Below are positions 28,281 to 38,010 of a stretch of 64,000 nucleotides of DNA, one piece after another. The notes below the pieces were generated by a model. That model was not told where the DNA came from. It made no database searches and worked only from the letters and a program-made list of their open reading frames with translations. Origin of the DNA: an uncultured Syntrophaceae bacterium. Its GTDB lineage: Bacteria > Desulfobacterota > Syntrophia > Syntrophales > UBA2210. The position numbers were made by a program, and so were the translations under genes. The DNA lies in contig CAYLXS010000001.1 in NCBI GenBank assembly GCA_964387765.1, forward strand, positions 437 through 64,436. The letters are read 5' to 3'. Within the stretch, counting starts at the first letter, position 1. The number at the start of each line of letters is the position of its first letter.

Positions 28281-29045
28281 TCATATGTTTCTTAAATGGA
28301 TTATCTTAAGTCCTTCCAGCGTAAGCATCTCATCGACAAAATCAATGCTGCTGGTTTCCGCGGCTATGACACTCGCCAGTCCGCCGGTTGCGATAACGGT
28401 GGACTCCACCGCTGTTTCCTTCTTTATTCGATTCACGATCCCATCCACAAGACCGGCATAACCAAACATAATACCCGCCTGTATACTGCTCACAGTATCC
28501 CTGGCCACTACAGATTTAGGCCTGCTTAATTCAACCGGCGGCAGTTTGGAGGCCTTCTCAAAGAGCGCCTCACTTGATATAACAACACCTGGCGATATGC
28601 ACCCACCCATATATTCTCCCTTTTTCGTAATATAATCAAAGGTGGTCGCTGTGCCAAAATCCACAATAATGAGATTTCCTTCGTATTTATCATGGGCGGC
28701 AACGGCGTTGACAATCCTGTCAGCTCCTACTTCTTTCGGATTGTCATAGTATATCGGCATACCCGTCTTTATACCCGGGCCCACGATGAGCGGAGTAACA
28801 TGAAAATACTTCTTACAAAGGGGTTCCAGTATATTCAGCATGGATGGAACCACGCATGATATAATAATGTCGTTGATAGATCTCGATCCGACTTTGCTCG
28901 TCCTGTAGAGATTCAATATCAGCATTCCATATTCATCAATGGTGTGATCCGCTACAGTACGAACTCTCCAGTGATTTAGCAGTTCATCTCCCTCATAGAG
29001 GCCGACAACTGTATTTGAATTTCCCACATCGATAACCAGAAGCAT
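28281..29045 (-). CDS. coaX: Type III pantothenate kinase
   Basis: MLLVIDVGNSNTVVGLY N-terminus and ASKHA-fold motifs. Confidence 0.9.
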   Translation of the reverse strand: MLLVIDVGNSNTVVGLYEGDELLNHWRVRTVADHTIDEYGMLILNLYRTSKVGSRSINDIIISCVVPSMLNILEPLCKKYFHVTPLIVGPGIKTGMPIYYDNPKEVGADRIVNAVAAHDKYEGNLIIVDFGTATTFDYITKKGEYMGGCISPGVVISSEALFEKASKLPPVELSRPKSVVARDTVSSIQAGIMFGYAGLVDGIVNRIKKETAVESTVIATGGLASVIAAETSSIDFVDEMLTLEGLKIIHLRNI

Positions 29046-29051
29046 AATAGA

Positions 29052-29849
29052 TTACCTGCTTTCCGCCACACTTACATCCCCGGACAGAATGCGTTTTGTC
29101 CTGTTTTTCTCATCAATGAGCAGAAGCACACCTTTGTTGTCGATCCCCTGGCATGTCCCCCTCTGCACAATGCCCCTGTCTGCTACCTCAATAGTTTTGC
29201 CTATTATATCCGAATATTCTATCCACCGGTCTCTTACAGGGAGAAATCCCTCATTAATAAATATCCTGTACCATTTTTCAAACGACTTGCACAAACCGGC
29301 GGTAAGGTCAAGACGTGAAATGGTGTTCGATGTCTGCTCTTTCAGCGATGTGGATATATGACGAAGTTCATCCCGAAAATCGGCTGGTTCCATATTTACA
29401 TTAATACCGATTCCCACAACAACAGAATCAAGATTCTGTCCCTTGATTCTCATTTCCGTCAGGATGCCGGAAATCTTTCTCCCCCCAGCAAGTATATCGT
29501 TGGGCCACTTGAGTGAGACAGGACAATAACCGGAAAGCATTTCAGCCACCGCAACTCCGGCGACAAGGGTCAGCCCCTGAGCAGAAGCGGGTTGTATATC
29601 AGGTCTTAATATGATGGAGATATACAGGTTTATGTTAGAGGGTGAGTACCAGATTCTGTCTCTCAGCCTTCCCCTTCCCGCTGTCTGGCAGTCGGCTATT
29701 ACGACTTCACCTTCGCCGGCCCCATCACCAGCAAGCAAAACCGCATGGTTATTCGTCGAATCAATCTCGTCAAAGAAGTGAATCCTGTTTCCTATGAGGC
29801 TGCCGGAAACGAGTTTCTCCAGATTGGCTTTATTAAAACTCTGTTCCAT
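29052..29849 (-). CDS. birA: Biotin--[acetyl-CoA-carboxylase] ligase (no DNA-binding domain)
   Basis: GRGRLRDRIWYSP motif. At 265 aa it lacks an N-terminal HTH. Confidence 0.9.
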   Translation of the reverse strand: MEQSFNKANLEKLVSGSLIGNRIHFFDEIDSTNNHAVLLAGDGAGEGEVVIADCQTAGRGRLRDRIWYSPSNINLYISIILRPDIQPASAQGLTLVAGVAVAEMLSGYCPVSLKWPNDILAGGRKISGILTEMRIKGQNLDSVVVGIGINVNMEPADFRDELRHISTSLKEQTSNTISRLDLTAGLCKSFEKWYRIFINEGFLPVRDRWIEYSDIIGKTIEVADRGIVQRGTCQGIDNKGVLLLIDEKNRTKRILSGDVSVAESR

Positions 29850-29857
29850 AATTCTGA

Positions 29858-29897
29858 GGGTTTTGTCGGGTTTCGTACCTCAACCCAACCTACAACT
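29858..29897. repeat. REP-like hairpin element, copy B
   Basis: GGGTTTTGTCGGGTTTCGTACCTCAACCCAACCTACAACT, with one stem mismatch. It fills the nadC-birA spacer and supplies the last two nadC codons and the TAG stop. Confidence 0.8.
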
Positions 29898-30753
29898 CTG
29901 ATCCCTGATCCATAAACACAAGTGATATGTCAGCGGCGGGAGCGGAATGGGTGAGAGCTCCGACGGATATAAAATCCACTCCGGTCCCCGCAATCTCCCT
30001 CACATTCGACAGGGTGACATTCCCTGAGGCCTCAACCATAGCCTTTCCATTAATAAGAGAAACCGCCTTGTTCATTTCACCTGCCCCCATATTATCCAGC
30101 ATGATTATATCGACTCTCGAGGCAAGGGCCTCTTCAACTTCCTTAAGGTTTTTAACCTCCACTTCGATCTTTACGGTGGGTGGAATATTTCCAATCACTT
30201 TTCTTACCGCATTCGAAATACCCCCTGCAGCGTTTATGTGATTATCTTTGATCATCACACCGTCATACAGACCAAATCTGTGATTAAATCCTCCACCTGT
30301 TTTTACCGCGTATTTCTCAAGGCTTCTCAGGTTTGGCGTTGTCTTTCTCGTATCCAGTATTTTGACTCCAGTGCCTCTTACTTCTTCAACATATTTGCGC
30401 GTCATCGTGGCAATCCCGCACATCCTCTGAAACAAATTCAACGCGACGCGTTCCGCAAGGAGAATGCCTTTCAGTCTGCCCGATATACAGGCAAGGATTT
30501 CTCCTCTTCCAGCCGGTTGGCCGTCGCAGAAATACGCCTCAAAGTTCAGGGATGAATCCATGACATGGAATACCTTTTTAAAAACATTGATACCCGCGAC
30601 AATGCTTTCGCCCTTCGAAATTACCTGCGCAACACCGGTTTCATCACCTGTAAGAACAGCTGACGTGGTAAGGTCACCCGATCCCATATCTTCATCGAGC
30701 GCTGTCCGGATAAATTCATTCAACCTGATATCTGAAATCATGATAATCCTCAC
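29890..30753 (-). CDS. nadC: Nicotinate-nucleotide pyrophosphorylase (carboxylating)
   Basis: QPRTase length and sequence pattern (..KDNHI.., ..SGNV..). Confidence 0.9.
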   Translation of the reverse strand: MRIIMISDIRLNEFIRTALDEDMGSGDLTTSAVLTGDETGVAQVISKGESIVAGINVFKKVFHVMDSSLNFEAYFCDGQPAGRGEILACISGRLKGILLAERVALNLFQRMCGIATMTRKYVEEVRGTGVKILDTRKTTPNLRSLEKYAVKTGGGFNHRFGLYDGVMIKDNHINAAGGISNAVRKVIGNIPPTVKIEVEVKNLKEVEEALASRVDIIMLDNMGAGEMNKAVSLINGKAMVEASGNVTLSNVREIAGTGVDFISVGALTHSAPAADISLVFMDQGSEL

Positions 30754-33404
30754 GCTATATTACGGAGTCTGCCCAGTGCGTCTTCCAGCACTCCGTTTTT
30801 TTCCTTCAGGTCTCTGAATTTATTTTCTTCTTTTTTAATTATATCCTTGGACGCCTTTTCCATAAAATCCTGATTCCCCAGTTTTTTGGAGATGAAACCG
30901 AGGTCTTTATCAAGCTTTTTTATTTCCTTTTCCAGCCTTGTCTTCTCGGCCTCGATATCTACGGCACCCTCAAGGAATACATACACCTTGACGGGACCGA
31001 CTACTCCTATTGCGGATCCTTTCGGCTCAGTGGCATTTTCCTCTATCGTCAGGTCTTCCAGCTTCGCAATGTCCCTTATATAGTCCCTGCCTGCCTCTAT
31101 AATAGACAGCATATCACCATTGGGAGCGGAAATGAGTGCCTTCAATTTCTTTGAAGGGCTGATATTCATTACACCCCTTATATTCCTGATACTGTTTATG
31201 ATATTTTTAATGAGATCCATGCGATGCCTTGCATCTTCATCCCTGAGAGAATCATCCTGCTCGGGAAATTTGCTTATCATTATGTATCCCTCATCTGTTG
31301 TTAATTTATGCCATATTTCCTCTGTGACAAAAGGCATGAAAGGATGAAGGAGCTGGAGGGCTGTCTTTAATACTGAGAGCAACGTCTGCTGCGCGGCAAG
31401 CTTTCTCTGTCGCGATTGCTTGTCATACAGTGCCGGCTTTATCAGTTCAAGATACCAGTCACATAATTCATGCCAGATAAACTGATATATCCTGCCGGCG
31501 GCATCGTTAAACCGATATTCGTCAAGGGCCTTTCCAACATCCACCACGGTGCTGTTAAGGCTGTCTTTGATCCATCTGTCACAAAGGGAATATTCTTCCC
31601 TTTCCAGCGCGGTTTCCCCGGGATAATCCTCAAGGTTCATCAAAGAAAATCTGGCCGTGTTCCATATCTTATTTACAAAATGCCTGTATCCCTTAATACG
31701 TTCCTCAGACATCTTCACATCCCTCCCCTGCGCGGTAAAGGCTGCCAGTGTAAAGCGAAGAGCGTCTGCACCATATTTGTCAATCATTTCCAGAGGATTT
31801 ACGCTGTTTCCACTTGATTTGCTCATCTTGTCGCCCATTTCATCGCGAACAAGGGCATGGAGATAAACATCCTTGAAAGGCACCTTTCCCATAACGTAAA
31901 GACCCATCATCATCATCCTGGCTACCCAGAAAAATATGATATCAAACCCGGTAACAAGGAGCGAAGTGGGATAAAATGTCTCAAGCGCTTCTGTTTTGTC
32001 GGGCCATCCCATAGTCGAGAATGGCCAGAGAGAGGAGCTGAACCATGTATCCAGAACATCCTCATCCTGCCTGAGAGAAGTCCCTCCACATTTGGGGCAA
32101 CTGTCAGGGTCTTCGACTGCCACTATGGTGTTGCCACAATCATTACAATACCATACCGGGATTCTGTGTCCCCACCATATCTGCCTGGAAATGCACCAGT
32201 CTCTTATATTGTCCATCCAGTCGAAATATGTGGCTTCCCACATGGGGGGAACAATTTTCGTCTCGCCCTTCACAACCGCGGCGATCGCGGCCTTCGCCAG
32301 GGGTTTCACCTTGACAAACCACTGTTTGGACACCGCGGGTTCCACAGTAGTCTTGCATCTGTAACAACGTCCCAAGTTGTGTGAATAGGGCTCTGTTTTC
32401 ACAAGATATCCGCCCTTTTTCAGATCCTTAACGATATTCTCACGGCAGGTGTAACAGTCCTGACCCTGATATATCCCTCCATTTTCATTGATAATGGCAT
32501 TGCCGTCCATAATGGTAACTACATCAAGATTGTGTCTCTGCGCCATGGCAAAGTCGTTGGGGTCCGCTGAAGGAGTTATCTTCACCGCGCCGGTGCCGAA
32601 TTCCCTTGATACGTAATCATCGGCGATAACCGGTATTCTTTTGTTCACAATAGGAAGAATTACTTCTTTCCCTATAACATCCAAGTATCTTTCGTCATCG
32701 GGGTTGACCGCAACGGCAGTATCGCCCAGCATGGTCTCCGGACGTGTCGTGGCGACAATTATTTCGCCCTCTCCTTCGGCATATGGATACCGTATATGCC
32801 AGAGACTGGTTTCTTCTTCTTCATATTCAACTTCAAGATCGGATATGGCTGTATGGCACCTCGGGCACCAGTTGACTATATAATCACCCTGATATATCAG
32901 ATCATCGTTGTAGAGCTGGACGAAAACCTCCCTGACCGCCCTGGAAAGTCCTTCATCCATGGTAAACCGCTCCCGCGACCAGTCACAGGAACACCCCAGC
33001 TTATGCAGCTGGTTTATGATCTCACCGCCATATTCTTTCTTCCACTCCCATACTTTCTCTATAAATTTTTCTCTTCCTATATCGTGCCTTGTCATTCCCT
33101 CTCTGGCAAGTTGCTGCTCCACTACGTTCTGCGTGGCTATTCCCGCGTGATCGGTGCCGGGCATCCAGAGTGTATTGCAGCCCTGCATTCTCTTGTATCT
33201 CACGATAATATCCTGCAGCGTATTATTCAGTGCGTGTCCTATATGGAGTATCCCGGTAACATTAGGCGGCGGTATAACTATCGAGAATGGTTTTTTGTCA
33301 CTTGTATCTTCCGCTTTGAACAAGCCTTCATCCAGCCAGCATCGGTACCATTTTTCCTCAACATCATGAGATTCATAAGACTTGCTCAACTCTTCTTTTT
33401 TCAT
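30750..33404 (-). CDS. valS: Valine--tRNA ligase
   Basis: HIGH (LHIGHALN) and KMSKS motifs, with a C-terminal coiled coil. Confidence 0.95.
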   Translation of the reverse strand: MKKEELSKSYESHDVEEKWYRCWLDEGLFKAEDTSDKKPFSIVIPPPNVTGILHIGHALNNTLQDIIVRYKRMQGCNTLWMPGTDHAGIATQNVVEQQLAREGMTRHDIGREKFIEKVWEWKKEYGGEIINQLHKLGCSCDWSRERFTMDEGLSRAVREVFVQLYNDDLIYQGDYIVNWCPRCHTAISDLEVEYEEEETSLWHIRYPYAEGEGEIIVATTRPETMLGDTAVAVNPDDERYLDVIGKEVILPIVNKRIPVIADDYVSREFGTGAVKITPSADPNDFAMAQRHNLDVVTIMDGNAIINENGGIYQGQDCYTCRENIVKDLKKGGYLVKTEPYSHNLGRCYRCKTTVEPAVSKQWFVKVKPLAKAAIAAVVKGETKIVPPMWEATYFDWMDNIRDWCISRQIWWGHRIPVWYCNDCGNTIVAVEDPDSCPKCGGTSLRQDEDVLDTWFSSSLWPFSTMGWPDKTEALETFYPTSLLVTGFDIIFFWVARMMMMGLYVMGKVPFKDVYLHALVRDEMGDKMSKSSGNSVNPLEMIDKYGADALRFTLAAFTAQGRDVKMSEERIKGYRHFVNKIWNTARFSLMNLEDYPGETALEREEYSLCDRWIKDSLNSTVVDVGKALDEYRFNDAAGRIYQFIWHELCDWYLELIKPALYDKQSRQRKLAAQQTLLSVLKTALQLLHPFMPFVTEEIWHKLTTDEGYIMISKFPEQDDSLRDEDARHRMDLIKNIINSIRNIRGVMNISPSKKLKALISAPNGDMLSIIEAGRDYIRDIAKLEDLTIEENATEPKGSAIGVVGPVKVYVFLEGAVDIEAEKTRLEKEIKKLDKDLGFISKKLGNQDFMEKASKDIIKKEENKFRDLKEKNGVLEDALGRLRNIA

Positions 33405-33439
33405 AACGCGTCCTTCTTGTTTTATTATATGTACATAAA

Positions 33440-34402
33440 CTACCCATCTAAATTTTCAATCGCACCCCTTATCATATTTTCATCCTGAGGAGCAAACCAT
33501 TTGATGTCCGGATCTCTCTTGAACCACGTCAGTTGTCTCCTGGCATAGTGCCTCGTGTCACGTTTGATCAATCTCACCATATCCTGCTCGCTCTGTTTCC
33601 CTCTGATGAAGGAAATAACGTTCCTGTAGGTCATGGATTGCATCGGCCTGACTAATTCGTCATAACCCTTGTCCATGAGCTTCTCTACTTCCTCCACAAG
33701 TCCGGCCTCCATCATTTTTCCAACCCTGTCGTTTATCCTGTCGTACAGAATACTCCTGTCGACATTAAGGCCTATCTTCACGAAATCATATACAGTGTTG
33801 CCGAACCTGTGTTCTCTCTGTATTTCAGCAATGGACTGCCCGGTATGCTCCAGCACCTCAAGCGCCCTTATTGTCCTGACAAGATCATTCGGATGTATTC
33901 TTTCGGCGGCCGTTGTATCCATCTCTCGCAACCGCCTGTAAAGGTGTCCTTTCCCATATTGCGCGGCGTCTTTTCTATAGGAATCGCGGAGCCTCCCGTC
34001 AGCGCCGGGGGCATTCAAAAGCCCTCCGAGCAGAGCGTCCAGATACAACCCTGCACCGCCCACCACAAATACCCTTTTATGCCTGCTGTGAAGAAGAGCA
34101 ATCGCCTCATCGGCTTTTTTCACAAACATCGCAGCGTTAAATTCTTCATCCGGATTTACAACATCAATCAGGTGATGAGGTATACGAAGTTTCTCTTCAG
34201 GAGAGGGTTTTGCGGTGCCTATATCCATGTGCCGGTATACCTGCATCGAGTCGGCACTGATAATTTCTCCATCGTATTTCTCGGCAAGCCTGATAGCCAG
34301 GTCGGTCTTTCCCACCCCGGTGGGACCTGTGATAACAATAAGCGGAGGTTTTGGGCGTGTCTCCATTTGGGGGTTTTGAGTTTCCGGTTTCGAGTTTTCC
34401 AT
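33440..34402 (-). CDS. miaA: tRNA dimethylallyltransferase
   Basis: P-loop GPTGVGKT and the MiaA pattern. Confidence 0.9.
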   Translation of the reverse strand: MENSKPETQNPQMETRPKPPLIVITGPTGVGKTDLAIRLAEKYDGEIISADSMQVYRHMDIGTAKPSPEEKLRIPHHLIDVVNPDEEFNAAMFVKKADEAIALLHSRHKRVFVVGGAGLYLDALLGGLLNAPGADGRLRDSYRKDAAQYGKGHLYRRLREMDTTAAERIHPNDLVRTIRALEVLEHTGQSIAEIQREHRFGNTVYDFVKIGLNVDRSILYDRINDRVGKMMEAGLVEEVEKLMDKGYDELVRPMQSMTYRNVISFIRGKQSEQDMVRLIKRDTRHYARRQLTWFKRDPDIKWFAPQDENMIRGAIENLDG

Positions 34403-34447
34403 TTAGATCAATCCTTGATGGACCCATAAAAAGTCCCAAAAACGTCA

Positions 34448-34486
34448 TGCCGCACTTGATAAGCCTGCCCCGTACTTGATACGGGG
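34448..34486. repeat. Tandem half-repeat ending in hairpin CCCCGTACTTGATACGGGG
   Basis: ..GCCGCACTTGATAAGCC.. is followed by CCCCGTA-CTTGA-TACGGGG (34468-34486). It sits at the miaA-proximal edge of the islet. Confidence 0.5.
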
Positions 34487-34693
34487 CCATCCAGAACGTA
34501 TTGAATGGAAACTTAGGGTTATAGGGAAGCTTGTCAGAAGCTTGGGATTAAAGTTTGAATCCCTACCTTGAATGGGTGTCCCCTATCCTCCTCTCAAAAA
34601 TGGCAAGAAAAATTTGATTCGAGTCTGAGCCCATTTCCCATTAAAGAAAGATAGTCGTTGTCACTGTTTTAACGTTCGAGTGAATTTGCCTTG

Positions 34694-34912
34694 CTACGTG
34701 CGGTTTTGCAATTCCGATTCTTCAATTTCTACTATCTTCATCAGATGCTTTAGCAACCCTATTTTTAATGGAGTATTGCCATGAACAGGAACAGATATGC
34801 GGGCAGTATTCCCGGCTTTTGCATAAATATGGTGACTTCCGTTGATACGCTTTAATTTCTACCCTTTGGATTCTAAGATACTGCAAAATCGTTTTCCGCT
34901 AACAACTTTCAA
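34694..34912 (-). pseudogene. hicA: hicA toxin gene interrupted by an in-frame amber codon
   Basis: My translation is (TTG)KVVSGKRFCSILESKG*KLKRINGSHHIYAKAGNTARISVPVHGNTPLKIGLLKHLMK.., a typical HicA. The TAG at 34859-34861 sits where HicA proteins have a Trp/aromatic residue. The start overlaps the hicB stop. Confidence 0.75.
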
Positions 34913-35112
34913 ACTGCTATCTCCATTACTTTGCCTTTTCCTGAGATGACTATGTCTTGAACATTTACTGATAGACAACCTTCGACGGCTTCGTAAATGT
35001 TACTCAACAATTCGTCAAAAGAATCGCCTTGAGTAGCACATCCCGGGATGGACGGCACTTCAGCCCAATACCCACCTTCTTCTGCTTCATGTACTACTAC
35101 TTTTAATTTCAT
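34909..35112 (-). CDS. hicB: HicB-family antitoxin (N-terminal domain only, 67 aa)
   Basis: MKLKVVVHEAEEGGYWAEVPSIPGCATQGDSFDELLSNIYEAVEGCL matches the HicB/UPF0150 pattern. Confidence 0.85.
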   Translation of the reverse strand: MKLKVVVHEAEEGGYWAEVPSIPGCATQGDSFDELLSNIYEAVEGCLSVNVQDIVISGKGKVMEIAV

Positions 35113-35304
35113 AATATATCCTTTGATTAATAGACTAATTGCCCTGCCCTATTATCTTCGGTCTCGTGACTACTTTTATCAGACAAGAATATCACATATC
35201 AATGCTTGAAAACACATCTAAAAACAGGACGCTGCCTGGATGAAGTGCGGGACGGAATAGACGGAAACGAGTATCTGAACGTAGAAGTTGAGTTATTTAC
35301 TTAT

Positions 35305-35913
35305 TTACGGACGTTCCCCCATCTCCCTTTTATCTTGTTGTGCATCCCATTTCCATTCCTCGAATGTCTGCTGGTTAAGTGAACGAAAAGAGATGAATAC
35401 GCTTGAGAAGAAGCCATGGTCGAGTGACCAGTCGGTCTTGTAGCATGCATCCCTCATCTCGTCGCGATCAAACCACGGGCTCTTCACGGCAACAAGGAGC
35501 ATTCCGGAGCCGTATTTCTTGTGCGGGTTTTCGTAGCTTTTCTTGGACAACTTCTTTTTCAGCAGCGTAACGAAGCGCCCGGCTGCTTGGGCATCCATAC
35601 CGACGTAAGGCCCAGACTTCATAGGCTTGTGGGTTTCTCCGGGAGTTGCGTCTGAGTATCGGTCTTTCGCCCACTCGTCTGAATAGAATGCATCGGTCAC
35701 TTCAATCCAACTAGTCCTGAGGTCAGACTGAATGATGGCATCGGGAGGGTCTGGTCGTGAAATCACTTGGAACTGTTCTCCTGTCTCTGACGCCCACCAT
35801 CGGATGAAAGCATCTACAAGAAATCGTTCACACTTGTCTTTGACTATGCTGCGGCTGGTCATTTTGCACTCTCTTGCACAAAACTGCATCAGTAGCATCA
35901 CCACACTTTTCAC
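35305..35913 (-). CDS. Hypothetical protein, possible PD-(D/E)xK-like fold
   Basis: No family recognised. The RPDPPDAII...WIEVTD spacing resembles a nuclease core but the Lys position is not conserved. The start is uncertain (GTG 35913 or the ATG 17 codons in). Confidence 0.4.
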   Translation of the reverse strand: MKSVVMLLMQFCARECKMTSRSIVKDKCERFLVDAFIRWWASETGEQFQVISRPDPPDAIIQSDLRTSWIEVTDAFYSDEWAKDRYSDATPGETHKPMKSGPYVGMDAQAAGRFVTLLKKKLSKKSYENPHKKYGSGMLLVAVKSPWFDRDEMRDACYKTDWSLDHGFFSSVFISFRSLNQQTFEEWKWDAQQDKREMGERP

Positions 35914-36279
35914 CGGCTACTGAATGCTTTTGTTCGGCGATTATTGCCGGTTAACTTGTTAAGGGTGGTGGATAAAAAATCCGTCGCCTTTTCCTTATTA
36001 TTACCGGAAATTGGAAGTAGCCAAGATTCTTTCAAATCCAGGAAATATTCTTTCAAAAGCTTGCAGTGTAGTCTCAAAACTCACAAGATATATCCTCTTT
36101 CCTCTAATGCAGAATATTTTCCGGGCGACTACGTCAATTTCTATATTGATATTTTTGATTGTGTAATATGTTGTTATTAAATATGCTGGAAATTCACCTA
36201 AAAAGGTGTCTCTATGTTCTCCTAATTCTGCATCTGGAAAACGTTGCTGTAATCACGATATTGTCCCATTTTTATCCTT

Positions 36280-37056
36280 TTATCTTGTGCAATCTTTTGT
36301 TAATTGTTTTACTCGCATTTTAATGTAAAGGGCTTTTGTCTTTTCAAGATTACCTTCCGTATCAGTAAAAGCTTTGGCATATATCGCTTTATTATATGTG
36401 CCGTCCTCTAATTCTCCCCAAACTTTTTCATAAAAATCGTTAGCATTAGATGATTCAACAAGCTCTTCCACATTTTTATTTAGAAATTCAGCTTTTTTAA
36501 CAGAGGAGTACTCACTAAATTTTGCACAAACAATCTGTGCCAATTCCCTTGCATTTTTCCCAGTCAACTTGTATTTTTCAGTAATAATTTTGTTTGGTTT
36601 TCCGGGGTGCGTTTTTGTTATTGTAATTACTTCTCTATCGCTACTAAACAACCCACCATCACGAGATTTGGATTCATCAATAGAGACTCCTATTATCGAT
36701 GACCATGGCACTTCATCAAACGGTCCGTCGTGGTACCAAATAAAGCCAGTTTTAGTAACAAGAATATCCCATTCGTTAGACAAAGCGAAAAAATCAATAG
36801 CTCCGACTTTTTTAGCTGTATTCTTAAGTTTCCGGTTTTGACTAAGGTCCAACGCGAGTGAAGCGACACCACCAAGCAATACAGCAGGCCCAAGTGCTAC
36901 TACAATGGCTGTTGTACTAATCCATTTCGCCGTACTCATTGTATTATTGCTTTGGCTTTCCTCGCTTTTTTCAACTGTTGGTTTTCCACAAGCAGGGCAA
37001 ATCAATGCAGTTTCTGATATTTCATGCTTACAGTTGAAGCAATTGACTAAATACAT
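36280..37056 (-). CDS. Zinc-ribbon / single-TM protein with a conserved C-terminal helical motif
   Basis: N-terminal CxxC..CxxC (CFNCKHEISETALICPACG), one TM (TAIVVALGPAVLLGGVASLAL), and C-terminal AIYAKAFTDTEGNLEKTKALYIKMRVKQL. A GGAGGGAG RBS precedes the ATG. Confidence 0.6.
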   Translation of the reverse strand: MYLVNCFNCKHEISETALICPACGKPTVEKSEESQSNNTMSTAKWISTTAIVVALGPAVLLGGVASLALDLSQNRKLKNTAKKVGAIDFFALSNEWDILVTKTGFIWYHDGPFDEVPWSSIIGVSIDESKSRDGGLFSSDREVITITKTHPGKPNKIITEKYKLTGKNARELAQIVCAKFSEYSSVKKAEFLNKNVEELVESSNANDFYEKVWGELEDGTYNKAIYAKAFTDTEGNLEKTKALYIKMRVKQLTKDCTR

Positions 37057-37255
37057 ACGCTCCCTCCATAGTTATCAAGGATTGATAAATTTGTTGACAG
37101 TTATTCAAAATAAAATACAAAAATAAAGAAATAAAGGAACAAATTTATTTATTTTCGATCTCCCTGTCTACGAAAGTCCACCTGCCTCGCAATTTTCGGC
37201 TTGATCTCATCCACAAATCTGAACTGCCGGCCAACTGTCCCCTTTCCCCGTCTTT

Positions 37256-37693
37256 TTACTCAGTCCATGGCACCGGTTGCCAGACAGGAAGGTCAAGTTT
37301 TTTCAGGGCTGCGCTGAATTTCCGGTCGAATGTTGCTATCATAGCCCCTTTTTTGGCACAGCAGACGGACGCAACGATAGCATCGCCATAATCCTGAATC
37401 TTATCAGGCCAGTACGAAAAAAGGATTTTCAGATCTACTTCGTGGACAATTTCTATTCCGGGCATGGTAACGAAATCATCTATCATGTCCCTTATTGCCG
37501 ATTGTGGAACATTATAGACCTTGTCCAGCACATAGACAAACTCGGTTATGACATTCTGTGGGCACAAAACCGACAACCGCAGTCCGGCGGCGTTTTCAAA
37601 AAGCCCGGCTATTTTGCCCTGCTGGGCCTTGTTTCTATCCGTCACAAAGGATATCAGCGCATTGGTGTCTATTACAATAGTATGTCTTTTCAC
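37256..37693 (-). CDS. vapC: PIN-domain toxin VapC
   Basis: IVIDTNALISF N-terminal acidic motif, 145 aa, and a 4-nt overlap with the upstream antitoxin. Confidence 0.85.
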   Translation of the reverse strand: MKRHTIVIDTNALISFVTDRNKAQQGKIAGLFENAAGLRLSVLCPQNVITEFVYVLDKVYNVPQSAIRDMIDDFVTMPGIEIVHEVDLKILFSYWPDKIQDYGDAIVASVCCAKKGAMIATFDRKFSAALKKLDLPVWQPVPWTE

Positions 37694-37923
37694 AGGTATC
37701 TTTCTCCCCGCCGTTTTCTTGATAATTTGACGTCGTTTTCGATATCCCCGCTACCTGTTTTGACAGCGTTTCTAAAGTTTAAAAAGTTTTTCTGCATGGG
37801 TAAAACTACGATCTTCCCATTTTCTACGTTCCATTCAAGAGTATCATGGATGGATAGACTGAGATCTTCTCGAACAGCTTTAGGTATGGTTGTCTGATAC
37901 TTGGAAGTTATAGTTGTTCGCAT
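37690..37923 (-). CDS. vapB: AbrB/SpoVT-type antitoxin VapB
   Basis: SKYQTTIPKAVREDLSL swapped-hairpin motif. Confidence 0.85.
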   Translation of the reverse strand: MRTTITSKYQTTIPKAVREDLSLSIHDTLEWNVENGKIVVLPMQKNFLNFRNAVKTGSGDIENDVKLSRKRRGERYL

Positions 37924-37959
37924 AACCTGATTCCCCTTTTTTTATTTTTGCACGAACCC

Positions 37960-38010
37960 TTACACTAATTCTTACAAAACACTATTAGCGTAAGAAATAA
38001 TAAATGTCAA
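37960..38010 (-). promoter_or_regulatory. vapBC promoter with an overlapping inverted repeat (candidate operator)
   Basis: The minus strand reads TTGACA (38005-38010), N17, TAATAG (37982-37987). The inverted repeat TTACACTAAT (37960-37969) / ATTAGCGTAA (37984-37993) matches at 9 of 10 positions. Confidence 0.55.
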
